Shown here one piece after another: positions 37,200-46,090 of a stretch of DNA of 64,000 nt. Numbering within the stretch: position 1 is the first letter of the stretch; every line of letters starts with the position of its first letter. A program made the position numbers and the translations under genes. The DNA comes from Rhodothermales bacterium (GTDB taxonomy: Bacteria; Bacteroidota; Rhodothermia; Rhodothermales; Bin80), in contig JAJECV010000006.1 of assembly GCA_022821875.1 (NCBI GenBank), positions 98,886-162,885 of the forward strand. The letters run 5' to 3'. The notes below the pieces were generated by a model that was not told the origin of the DNA, did no database searches, and worked only from the letters and a program-made list of their open reading frames with translations.

Positions 37200-37909
37200 T
37201 GATCAACCAGTTCTTTTTTGCTCCCCCCGAAGCGTTCTCGCCAACCGGGTATGTGACCCTTCCGCCAGATGAAGCAAAGCATGCGGTCAAAGTACTTCGA
37301 CTGCGCCCCGGTGCGGTGGTGACGGTGGTGGATGGGCAGGGATTCGGTGTGCGTGTACAGATTGAGCAGGCAGATCGGCATGGAGTCCGTGGCCGGATCC
37401 TCTCGGAGCATGATAATCTGGGCGAACCTGTTCATGCGTTGACGGTGGGACTCGCTTTGTTGAAACAGCAGAGGCGGTATGCCCTGTTTCTGGAAAAAGC
37501 AGTTGAGTTGGGGGTTACCGGAATTGTGCCGCTATTGACCGAGCGTACGGAGTCCGGAAATTGGCGTGAAGACCGGGCCCGGCAGGTGATGATGTCTGCA
37601 CTCAAGCAGTGCAATCGGAGCAGACTGCCCACGCTGCATCCTCCAACCCCTTTGGAGCAACTCCTGGAACCGGGGACGCTCATGGCAGATCTCCATACAG
37701 AGACCCCTCTGCCGGCGGCAATCAGTGAGGGAGCAGGTCCGGTCAGGATTCTGGTTGGGCCGGAAGGAGGATTCACAGAACATGAGCGCCGGATTGCCAG
37801 TGATTGCGGTGTGCTGCGGGTTCGGCTGGGGCCGCGCCGCCTTCGTGCTGAGACGGCTGCAATCTGCTGTGCGGCCGCGGTAATGTTTGCGAGAGGCAGT
37901 GGAACTTAG
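37199..37909 (+). CDS. rsmE: 16S rRNA (uracil1498-N3)-methyltransferase
   Basis: Typical N-terminus (FFAPPEAF...LPPDEAKHAVKVLRLRPG) and C-terminal VGPEGGFTEHE knot motif. Confidence 0.85.
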   Translation: MINQFFFAPPEAFSPTGYVTLPPDEAKHAVKVLRLRPGAVVTVVDGQGFGVRVQIEQADRHGVRGRILSEHDNLGEPVHALTVGLALLKQQRRYALFLEKAVELGVTGIVPLLTERTESGNWREDRARQVMMSALKQCNRSRLPTLHPPTPLEQLLEPGTLMADLHTETPLPAAISEGAGPVRILVGPEGGFTEHERRIASDCGVLRVRLGPRRLRAETAAICCAAAVMFARGSGT

Positions 37910-37951
37910 GGGAGAGCGGGAAGTAGCAGAGGGATCAGACAAATTTCTCTC

Positions 37952-38314
37952 ATGTTCACCTTATTGATTATTATCATTGCGCTCATCGGAGTCATCATGA
38001 CCGGTTTGATTCTGCTTCAGGCAGGCAAGGGCGGGGGATTGGCCGGTATTGCCTCAGGAGGCGCAACGACGCAGATTCTGGGTGCCCGACAGGCACCGGA
38101 TGTCCTTGAACGGGGTACATGGATTCTGGCTACCGCCTTTATTGTGCTGTGCATCTTGACGAATTTTGCCATTGACGACGGCGTATCAGAACGGAGTATT
38201 CTCCAGCAGTCACAGCAGTCCACCCAGCAGCCGGTTCCTGCACCCGAGGAATTACCTCCGCCACCTCTGGAAGAGTCCATACCTGTGCCACCTCCAACAC
38301 AGAGCGAAGAATAG
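37952..38314 (+). CDS. secG: Preprotein translocase subunit SecG
   Basis: MFTLLIIIIALIGVIMTGLILLQAGKGGGLAG plus a second TM helix. Confidence 0.85.
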   Translation: MFTLLIIIIALIGVIMTGLILLQAGKGGGLAGIASGGATTQILGARQAPDVLERGTWILATAFIVLCILTNFAIDDGVSERSILQQSQQSTQQPVPAPEELPPPPLEESIPVPPPTQSEE

Positions 38315-38320
38315 AAGATC

Positions 38321-38349
38321 GGGGTGACCTCCCGCAGGGAGGCCACCCC
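38321..38349. terminator. Hairpin between convergent secG and rnpB
   Basis: ggggtgacctccc-gca-gggaggccacccc (12-13 bp stem with one mismatch). Confidence 0.6.
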
Positions 38350-38357
38350 TTGGTGGT

Positions 38358-38756
38358 ACGTGCTGACCTGTAAGCCGAATTCTGTCTCTCCGGCACCGCA
38401 ACCACCGTGCGGCGAAGCCGGAAGGATCATCATCTATCTGGGACCGGTGTCACCACGGGCCTCTAGCAACCTACCCGCACCGCAGTTTGGCGGGCCGCCT
38501 TATCGCTTGCGCGTGCGATGCTGTTTGGTTTTGCTCCGCGTAGGGTTTACCTAGCCACCATGGTCACCCATGATGCTGGTGGGCTCTTACCCGCACCATT
38601 TCACCCATCACCTGGCCTGTAAGGGCCATCGGCTGGCCTGCTTTCTGTTGCACTTGCCGTCATCGCTAAGCGATGCCTTCCCGTTAGGAAGTACGGTGCC
38701 CTATGGAGTTCGGACTTTCCTCCCTGCCTTTCGACGGGGCGATGATCCAGCCAACA
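38358..38756 (-). ncRNA. rnpB: RNase P RNA, bacterial type A (ends +/- 10 nt)
   Basis: The minus strand reads ...GGCAGGGAGGAAAGTCCGAACTCCATAGGGCA..., GGGTGAAATGGTGCGGGTAAGAGCCCACC, and GACAGAATTCGGCTTAC. These are the universally conserved P4/J11-12/P4' segments in the correct order. Confidence 0.9.
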
Positions 38757-38773
38757 TGTTATCCGCCCTGATA

Positions 38774-39529
38774 CTAGATGACCAGGTCACTGGTTGCTTC
38801 TTCGTAGAACTCGCTGTCTACAATAATGCGACCGGTCTGCTCACAGGGGATAATACGGTTGCGCTGGCGGATCTCCATCTGGCGCTGTGGAGGAACGGCA
38901 AAGCCGCCGGCGGCACCGCGTCGAAGTTGAACCACCGCACGCCCATCCCGGTAACGGTTCCGCAGCCGCTGATAGGCGCGCAGGTACCGCTCGTCCACCA
39001 GGGATTCGGCTTCCTTTCGGAGTCCGTCCAGGGTTTCCTTTTTCTTCTCTGTCGTGAGGAGTACTTCCTCTAACTGGGTACGCCTGTCAGCCAGTATGGC
39101 TTCCAGTTCTGTGAGACGCTGCTGCGCATCTTCAATCTGATTTGCATTCGCCTCTATGGCTCCCTCGGTGCCTGCAATGAGTTCTTTCGCCTCATGGATC
39201 CGTTCGTTCTGCGCTTCAATCTCTTTGGTCAGCGCATCATATTCCCGGTTATTGCGGACCTGGAGCTGCTGCTCTTCGTACTTCTTGATCAATGATTCGG
39301 CTTCTTCGATATCAAATTCACTTCGTCGCCGTGACTGTTCGATATCTTCCTGCTCCTGCCGGATTTTGTTCGTACGGGTCTGTAATCCTGCAGACTCATC
39401 TTCAAGGTCTCTGATTTCCTCAGGCAGGTCTCCCTGTTCTTTCACGACCTGGTAAATCAGTGTGTCAATGTGCTGAAGGCGGATAAGCGCACGTAATTGG
39501 CTGTTAATCTTGGTTTCTTTGGTACTCAT
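38774..39529 (-). CDS. COG1579/DUF164 coiled-coil protein with a degenerate C-terminal zinc ribbon
   Basis: The N-terminus (LRALIRLQHIDTLIYQV...GDLPEEI) and long coiled coil fit the family. The usual CxxC...CxxC is reduced to a single Cys (IIPCEQTGRII). Confidence 0.7.
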   Translation of the reverse strand: MSTKETKINSQLRALIRLQHIDTLIYQVVKEQGDLPEEIRDLEDESAGLQTRTNKIRQEQEDIEQSRRRSEFDIEEAESLIKKYEEQQLQVRNNREYDALTKEIEAQNERIHEAKELIAGTEGAIEANANQIEDAQQRLTELEAILADRRTQLEEVLLTTEKKKETLDGLRKEAESLVDERYLRAYQRLRNRYRDGRAVVQLRRGAAGGFAVPPQRQMEIRQRNRIIPCEQTGRIIVDSEFYEEATSDLVI

Positions 39530-39585
39530 GAATCATGTCGTGTGAAAACGATAGCAAAATCTAACGAGAATGGATGGCGTGAGGT

Positions 39586-40404
39586 TCAGTGGATGGAGTA
39601 ATTGATGGGACTAGTCGGTTGATTTGCACAATAAAAGGTGATTGAGGGGAACCGTTTTTCCAGCCAGACGCGGAGAAGCTGCTCGGTGTGCTTCTCGGTT
39701 TCATAGTGCCCGGCATCTATGAGTGCCATCCGGCAGTGCCCATCCGGGCCAAGGGTTTCAAAGAAGCGGTGATAACTCAGGTCGGCGGTCACATAGGCCT
39801 GTGCACGCGCGTCCAGGGCATTGGGGATCAGGCTTCCTCCCGCGCCACCGCATACGGCCACCATGCTGACTGGTGTTTCTTCGGAACCGGTATAACGCAG
39901 TACAGGGGTCTGTAGTCTTGTGTGCACCCGGTCCAGAAAGGTTCGCAAAGGTTCCGGCTCCGGCAAATTGCCAATTGCTCCCATTCCGAACGTTCCGTCC
40001 TGACCGGGGTTCAGGAATCTTCGGTGTCGCAGGCCAAGGATTTCTGCCAGTGCAAGGGAGACCCCACCATGAGCGGCATCCAGATTTGTATGGATGCTGT
40101 AAAGGGTGATGTTTTCGCGGGCGAGGCGCAGGATCAACTGCCCGATAAGGTCCTCCTCTATAATGCGGGAAGGACTGCGAAACAGTAATGGATGATGGGT
40201 CAGGATTAGCGAACAGTCCTTTTGAACGGCCTCTTCTACAACATTAGGGGTGAGATCAAGGGCAATCAGCACCCGGTGCACAATTCTGGATGCAGAACCA
40301 ACCTGCAACCCTATATTGTCGTACGATTCAGCGAAAGCGGGATCCGCCCACGACTCAAGTGCCTGGGCAAGATCATGCGCACGGAAAGTTCTTTTTGGCA
40401 TCAA
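39586..40404 (-). CDS. Nif3-like dinuclear metal centre protein
   Basis: ESYDNIGLQVG, LILTHHPLLF and IHTNLDAAHGGVS motifs. Confidence 0.82.
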   Translation of the reverse strand: MMPKRTFRAHDLAQALESWADPAFAESYDNIGLQVGSASRIVHRVLIALDLTPNVVEEAVQKDCSLILTHHPLLFRSPSRIIEEDLIGQLILRLARENITLYSIHTNLDAAHGGVSLALAEILGLRHRRFLNPGQDGTFGMGAIGNLPEPEPLRTFLDRVHTRLQTPVLRYTGSEETPVSMVAVCGGAGGSLIPNALDARAQAYVTADLSYHRFFETLGPDGHCRMALIDAGHYETEKHTEQLLRVWLEKRFPSITFYCANQPTSPINYSIH

Positions 40405-40412
40405 AGAATAAA

Positions 40413-40898
40413 ATGAGTAAAAGTGTAAAAAAGATTGCGGTCAGCTGTGACGAATATGGACATCTGGTTGAAGTGCTTCTTGCCCTGCTTCGAGAGCGGG
40501 GATATGAGCCGATTTACTTTGGCCCGCAGGCTGGAGACGATCCGCAGGACTGGCCGCTTGTTACCAAATTGGCGATTGACGAGGTATTGCAGCAGAATGT
40601 GGAGGAGGCCATTGTGATGTGCTGGACAGGAACGGGCTGCTCCATTGTAGCGAACAAAATTCCGGGGATTCGTGCCGCATTGTGTCTGGACGCAAAGACC
40701 GCCGAAGGGGCCAAAGTATGGAATCATGCAAATGTGCTGGCATTAAGTCAGCGGGTTACCAGTGAAGAAGTATTAAAGGAAATACTGGACGTATGGTTCG
40801 CTACACCGTTCAGCACAGACGAATGGAATGTGATGCAGATCCGCCGCGTCAATGCACTGGACGATCATCGGGGTGCAGGGACCGCAGAAAATCAGTGA
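40413..40898 (+). CDS. rpiB: Ribose-5-phosphate isomerase B (RpiB/LacA/LacB family)
   Basis: KIAVSCDEYG...CWTGTGCSIVANKIPGIRAAL...WNHANVLAL. ATG at 40413 chosen because the tracked start overlaps the Nif3 gene. Confidence 0.8.
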   Translation: MSKSVKKIAVSCDEYGHLVEVLLALLRERGYEPIYFGPQAGDDPQDWPLVTKLAIDEVLQQNVEEAIVMCWTGTGCSIVANKIPGIRAALCLDAKTAEGAKVWNHANVLALSQRVTSEEVLKEILDVWFATPFSTDEWNVMQIRRVNALDDHRGAGTAENQ

Positions 40899-41138
40899 TT
40901 CCAGATTGCGGAATACATTCAAATCTGTTTTGATGCGTATAAAGCGGTTTGCCAAGGAGTATTTCATGCAAAGGATCGGTGTTTTTCAGAGCAGAGAGGA
41001 GGATTCACCGGTCAGGTATGAATTTCTGTGCCCGGTGCAGGCAGACAAAACAAAGCAGTGACATGCAGGAAAACAGAGCGTTTAATCTTCGTTCAGTCAC
41101 ATTATCCCAGCAAATCTATATATCACATCAACGCGTTC

Positions 41139-42308
41139 ATGTTCAAAGTTAAGATTCTCAATGCGATTTCGCCGAAGGGCCTGGAAAGGCTGTCTAGTCA
41201 CGGCTACCTCATCGGTGAGGACATCCCGGATCCGGATGCAATCCTTCTAAGAAGCTACAAACTGCACGGTGTGTCTCTCCCGGATTCTGTTCTGGCGGTT
41301 GCCAGATGTGGTGCAGGAGTCAATAATATCCCGATTGAGGACTGTTCGGATCAGGGGATTGCGGTCTTCAATACGCCGGGAGCGAATGCAAACAGCGTGA
41401 AGGAATTGGTCATCTGTGCGATGCTGCTCTCCTCCCGCCGGATCATTGACGGCATCAACTGGGCCCGGACGCTGGAGGGGGAAGATGTTGCGGCGGTTGT
41501 TGAGAAGGGAAAGAAAAATTTTAAGGGCCCCGAGATCATGGGGAAGACGCTTGGCATCATCGGTCTTGGGGCAATCGGGGTGGCGGTTGCCAACGCCGCT
41601 AGTGCGCTTGGGATGCGCACACTAGGGTACGATCCGTTTATTTCGGTTTCGAATGCCTGGGGGCTCAGCCGCGAGGTCGCACGTGCTACGGGGCTGGACG
41701 AGATCGTGGAAACGGCGGACTATATCACGGTGCACGCGCCGCTGAATGACGAGACTGTCAACCTGATCAATGAAGAGCATTTTGCACGGATGAAGCCGGG
41801 GGTGCGGCTGTTGAATTTTGCCCGCGGCCCCATTGTGAATGAAACGGCGGTATTGCAGGCGCTGAACAGCGGGATCTGTTCCTGCTATGTGACAGACTTT
41901 GTGGATGCGGAATTGGCGCAGCACCCGAAAGTACTCCCGGTCCCCCATTTGGGCGCTTCCACGCCTGAGGCCGAGGATAATTGTGCGGTGATGGCGGCAG
42001 AGCAGTTGCGTGATTATCTTGAGCGCGGGGATGTTCAGAATTCGGTGAATTTTCCAGGTGTCCGGCTCCCGCTTCGCCCGGAGAGACATCGGATTCAGAT
42101 TGTCAACCGGAACGAGCCGCGTATGCTGAGCCAGTTTGCCCATATTCTGGCCGGCACAGGCCACAATATTGATAACCTGGTCAATAAGGGACGGGGGGCG
42201 CTGGCCTACAATGTGATTGATGTCAGCGGTGCAATCTCGGAGTCTGTGCTGGAAAGCCTGAGAGCCATTGACGGGGTCATTCGGGTGCGCACGATTCTTC
42301 CTCTGTAG
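41139..42308 (+). CDS. serA: D-3-phosphoglycerate dehydrogenase with a C-terminal ACT domain
   Basis: MFKVKILNAISPKGLE start, NAD-binding GIIGLGAIGVAVA, catalytic region and ACT-like tail. ATG at 41139. Confidence 0.8.
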   Translation: MFKVKILNAISPKGLERLSSHGYLIGEDIPDPDAILLRSYKLHGVSLPDSVLAVARCGAGVNNIPIEDCSDQGIAVFNTPGANANSVKELVICAMLLSSRRIIDGINWARTLEGEDVAAVVEKGKKNFKGPEIMGKTLGIIGLGAIGVAVANAASALGMRTLGYDPFISVSNAWGLSREVARATGLDEIVETADYITVHAPLNDETVNLINEEHFARMKPGVRLLNFARGPIVNETAVLQALNSGICSCYVTDFVDAELAQHPKVLPVPHLGASTPEAEDNCAVMAAEQLRDYLERGDVQNSVNFPGVRLPLRPERHRIQIVNRNEPRMLSQFAHILAGTGHNIDNLVNKGRGALAYNVIDVSGAISESVLESLRAIDGVIRVRTILPL

Positions 42309-42309
42309 A

Positions 42310-42900
42310 ATGTCTTTCCCGGATCTTGGGCCGAACGTTGCGCGCAAAGCGAAGCCAGGGATGATGCGGTGTGCCCGCTGGGTACTCGCAAGGCTGGGCT
42401 GGCGGGTTGAGGGGACTGTGCCCAATCACCCAAAATTCGTGGTGATCGGGGCCTACCATACGTCCAACTGGGATTTTTTTGTTGCGATGGCCGTTATGTT
42501 TGCTCTGGACATGGAGGGATCCTGGATTGCAAAGCATACGATCTTTCGATGGCCGTTTGGCTCGATCCTTCGTGCCTGTGGTGGCAATCCGGTCAATCGT
42601 GAGCAGCACCACGGGATGGTCCAGAGAGTCATTGAACTGTTTCAGGAGCGCGAAAAATTTATTTTTGCGGTCACGCCTGAAGGTACGCGGAGCCGGGTAG
42701 AGCAGTGGAAGACAGGGTTCTATCACATTGCAAAGGGAGCACAGGTGGTGATCGTCCCCGCCTATTTTGATTATCCCGGCCGCACGGTGGGATTTGGCCC
42801 CCCGCATACACCTACCGGCGATATGGAGGGTGATATTGCCGCATTAAAAAAATTTTACGAGCCCTACCGCAAAACGGCGGCCCGTCCAGACCGGGCTTAG
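42310..42900 (+). CDS. Lysophospholipid (1-acyl-sn-glycerol-3-phosphate) acyltransferase family protein
   Basis: H-x4-D motif HTSNWDFF and TPEGTRS motif. ATG at 42310, just after the serA stop. Confidence 0.75.
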   Translation: MSFPDLGPNVARKAKPGMMRCARWVLARLGWRVEGTVPNHPKFVVIGAYHTSNWDFFVAMAVMFALDMEGSWIAKHTIFRWPFGSILRACGGNPVNREQHHGMVQRVIELFQEREKFIFAVTPEGTRSRVEQWKTGFYHIAKGAQVVIVPAYFDYPGRTVGFGPPHTPTGDMEGDIAALKKFYEPYRKTAARPDRA

Positions 42901-43309
42901 CCGTTCGTGAGGATAGGTTGAATTCATCGCCCGTATTCATTGATGGTGTACATCATTGTAGAGATCCGCACAGATTTGATCTGCATCCACAAATGAGGCG
43001 GTAGACTGACAAAATGTAAAAAATAGAGGAGAATCCCCATTCTTCGGGCAGTTATGAAGTTTCTGAATTCTAAAATACTTTATCTTATCTATGCTATTCA
43101 AGTCCCTTGAGCATCATGGATCAGGGATCCTTCTGGATAGAATTTTTTCCTCCAAAATGCAAATTTTGCAAAAATCCTTGAACTTTTGTTTATTCCGTCA
43201 GTTGGGGGTTAAAGCGGGCAGTCCTCCATACTTTCATGGGAGCGTATTCCAGAGGGATATTGCCACGGACGGGAAAATTTGCCGTACGGGAGTTGAATTA
43301 TGATGCGAG

Positions 43310-43513
43310 ATGCAGATGACTAGGAATAGATCTATTGTATTGGCTTTGGTTTTCGGCAGTTTACTATGCCTGACAGGGTGTGATAGTTCCTTTACGCCGG
43401 AGGTGGATTTGCCTTTATCGCCAGAAGCAGTCGCTGAGCGTGTGCGCGTGGTACAAGAATTTTATCAGACTGCATTTGGAACAGGAGCAGAACACTCCTT
43501 TGAAGTTGCGTGA
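43310..43513 (+). pseudogene. Lipoprotein signal peptide plus ~45 aa, out of frame with the following large ORF (frameshifted N-terminus, or a separate 67-aa lipoprotein)
   Basis: MQMTRNRSIVLALVFGSLLCLTGC lipobox. The frame ends at TGA 43511 while the protein-like sequence continues in another frame from about 43515. Confidence 0.45.
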
Positions 43514-43529
43514 GGGAATCTTCAAAACC

Positions 43530-45101
43530 ATGGACGACAGCAGTCATGTATCTGGGGAATTGGACGATAGCACAATTGTAGCTGCATTGGCCGAGATGGT
43601 GCGCCGGTATCCACCGGACTGGGAGAATGCAGAGACATGGGATAACGGAAATGGGGGCTATTTTTTGGCCACGCTGCTGGGTAGAGGGGTTCAGGATCTC
43701 CGCCCTGGGGATACAAAGGTTTCGGTGGTTCGGACGCTGGTTGCGGATGTGACCTTGGATGGGGATGTTGTTCCGGGTTCCATGCATTTAATTGAGTTTG
43801 CCGGTCGTGATCTAGACGCAACTCAATTCAAGGATTATGTCGATCAGTGGCAGGCGGGTGATTTTGGGGATACTCCATTACTGGTGGCCGAATATACGAT
43901 TGGGTATGCATCCACGGGTGCTTTTTTCTATCAGCCGGGCAGAGCACCGATCAGGACAAAAATGGTTCTGCGGCGGTACGATGGCATGGGGAAGGATGGG
44001 AGTCCAGACATGATATGTTATGAATCTATCGTATACGAGTGGATGTGCGGTGAGGCACTCGGCCCAATATACGGTTCGGATTGTGAATGGGTCGGTTTTC
44101 CGAAGCATACCTGTGTTTATGTTAATTCTGGAGGCGGTGGTGCAGGCAGCGGCGGTGGAGGAAGTACGGATAGCCCTGGAGGTGAAGGCGGCGGAGGAGG
44201 AAGTGGAGGAGGAAGTAATGAGGACAGCAAGGATCCTGTTGATGATGAAGACGAGGAGTTAAAGTATACGCTGTCTTGTCCAGAGAGTGTTGTACGGGGA
44301 GCTGTGGCGAATTGTCGGATTATTTTTGAGGACAATGCAGATGGTTCGAAGGAATTGGCCTTTAAGTGGATATCTAGTCTGGGCGCAAAGAATACCGGGG
44401 TGTCGTGGGAAGGGACGGAAACCGATGATGTAACAATATCGGTTTCTATTTCTAACTGGAGCGATAAGGCGGAAATCAGCGTTACAAACAGAACTTGGAA
44501 GTCCCCACCCTCGCTGGATGCTGAACCAGATTACAGGGTGTTACCCCCCGGGATAGCAGGTAAGTACAGCGTAACACAAACTCTTGCACCGGGTGCAGGA
44601 ACGGGGCCGTGGAGCGGTCGCTACTATGTGCGGAGCGCACCAACCTTTAGCGGTGAACTTTATATCTCCATAGACTATGCCCCGAAATCTAAAGTGTCTA
44701 CTGTTCCAGCATATCCATTTAGCTACGAAAGTCTTTCTTCTACGGGAAAGGCAGCCTGTCCAAGAGGACGATACATTACCGATAATAGGATCAGTTACCG
44801 GGATCTGAATAACAAATGTGGTACTTCAATTGGATGGACAAATGTGCACGAACAGGCTCTTCGTCATGAGCGAGAACATCAGGCAGGTGCAAACCGTTGT
44901 TTACGGAGTACGACCACATCCAATTTCTTCGCTAAGCTGGAGCAGTTTACAGGGAGCGCATCAGAGGCTAACACTCAGTTTAAGGGGGATACCGGCATGT
45001 GGAGGGAATACCTGCGGAAGTTTGATAAATCTAAGGAGTATGCAAGTCCAACGACATCTTTCGTTCCTTTCTTCCATTATGTCGGGGAAAATTGGATATG
45101 A
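43530..45101 (+). CDS. Large hypothetical protein with a Gly-rich linker and a C-terminal HExxH-containing module
   Basis: First ATG of the long frame after the overlap (MDDSSHV). GGGGAGSGGGGSTDSPGGEGGGGGSGGGS linker. C-terminal ALRHEREHQAGANRC. Its last 222 nt are duplicated at 47160. Confidence 0.6.
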   Translation: MDDSSHVSGELDDSTIVAALAEMVRRYPPDWENAETWDNGNGGYFLATLLGRGVQDLRPGDTKVSVVRTLVADVTLDGDVVPGSMHLIEFAGRDLDATQFKDYVDQWQAGDFGDTPLLVAEYTIGYASTGAFFYQPGRAPIRTKMVLRRYDGMGKDGSPDMICYESIVYEWMCGEALGPIYGSDCEWVGFPKHTCVYVNSGGGGAGSGGGGSTDSPGGEGGGGGSGGGSNEDSKDPVDDEDEELKYTLSCPESVVRGAVANCRIIFEDNADGSKELAFKWISSLGAKNTGVSWEGTETDDVTISVSISNWSDKAEISVTNRTWKSPPSLDAEPDYRVLPPGIAGKYSVTQTLAPGAGTGPWSGRYYVRSAPTFSGELYISIDYAPKSKVSTVPAYPFSYESLSSTGKAACPRGRYITDNRISYRDLNNKCGTSIGWTNVHEQALRHEREHQAGANRCLRSTTTSNFFAKLEQFTGSASEANTQFKGDTGMWREYLRKFDKSKEYASPTTSFVPFFHYVGENWI

Positions 45102-45114
45102 GGATGGTAAGCTG

Positions 45115-45597
45115 ATGGCAGAAACACCTAAGAAGTCAGACTACAAGAAGCTTGAAGGTTATGGCATGGTATACGACATTTATGTACACAAGAAGAGGAA
45201 TGGCAAACCAAAGTATGTTGCTATTGCTATACGTGATGAAGACTGGATCTTTAACCCAGACAAGGTCACAACCATTAAAGGTTTCCAGGTAGCAATGTCT
45301 GATGACAGATCACTTATTGACTTGAAAATTCAACTTGATGAGCACAACCTGGGCATATATGGCCCACCATACATTACTGGGTATGGTTTAGGTGGCTATC
45401 CGCCTGAGGAGACTTACCGTGGTGTAAGGATTGGCAAATTTACAGAAAGGGACAATGCTGAGTTCCTTCCACGGTACACTGCTGGACTTGAGTTGGATGG
45501 TGAATTTGTATGGGTCGACCGGATGACTATTGCAGAGGTGAAAAAGGGACTTGACGAATTGCTTGACGAGCACAAATCAAGTTCAACAAAAGAATAA
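45115..45597 (+). CDS. Hypothetical 160-aa protein, tandem paralog 1
   Basis: MAETPKKSDYKKLEGYG.... The C-terminal half is nearly identical at nucleotide level to paralog 2. No signal peptide. Confidence 0.6.
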   Translation: MAETPKKSDYKKLEGYGMVYDIYVHKKRNGKPKYVAIAIRDEDWIFNPDKVTTIKGFQVAMSDDRSLIDLKIQLDEHNLGIYGPPYITGYGLGGYPPEETYRGVRIGKFTERDNAEFLPRYTAGLELDGEFVWVDRMTIAEVKKGLDELLDEHKSSSTKE

Positions 45598-45607
45598 CAT
45601 CAGTACA

Positions 45608-46069
45608 ATGGCAGAAAAATACAGAAAATCAGACTACAAGAAACTTGAAGCTTATGATACACATGACATTTATGTGCATAAGAAAAAAGGGGGCACACCA
45701 AAGTTTGTTGCAGTTACTGCCCGGGGCCCAGCATGGGATTATATACAGGAAAACAATCTGCCCAACAAGAATTTTAGGGTGAACATAATCAATGACAATT
45801 CAATTATTGACTTGAAAATTAATATTAATGAATACATGATGGGCATATATGGCCCACCATACATTACTGGGTATGGTTTAGGTGGCTATCCGCCTGAGGA
45901 GACTTACCGTGGTGTAAGGATTGGCAAATTTACAGAAAGGGACAATGCTGAGTTCCTTCCACGGTATACTGCTGGGCTAAGGTTGGATGGTGAATTTGTA
46001 TGGGTCGACCGGATGACCATTGCAGAGGTGAAAAAGGGGCTTGACGAATTGCTTGATAAGCGTGATTGA
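45608..46069 (+). CDS. Hypothetical 153-aa protein, tandem paralog 2
   Basis: MAEKYRKSDYKKLEAYD.... Shares GIYGPPYITGYGLGGYPPEETYRGVRIGKFTERDNAEFLPRYTAG with paralog 1. Confidence 0.6.
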   Translation: MAEKYRKSDYKKLEAYDTHDIYVHKKKGGTPKFVAVTARGPAWDYIQENNLPNKNFRVNIINDNSIIDLKININEYMMGIYGPPYITGYGLGGYPPEETYRGVRIGKFTERDNAEFLPRYTAGLRLDGEFVWVDRMTIAEVKKGLDELLDKRD

Positions 46070-46090
46070 GACTGTGTGTGGTCAAAGATG

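Noticed and set aside
40899-41138. Possible riboswitch or leader in the 240-nt region upstream of serA (gagaggaggattcaccgg resembles part of a glycine-riboswitch core).
   Set aside because: Only one short fragment matches, and I cannot build the full conserved architecture by eye. It needs a covariance-model scan before any claim.
41622-42425. 267-aa minus-strand ORF.
   Set aside because: It is antisense to serA and the acyltransferase gene, and is an Arg/Pro-rich shadow translation.
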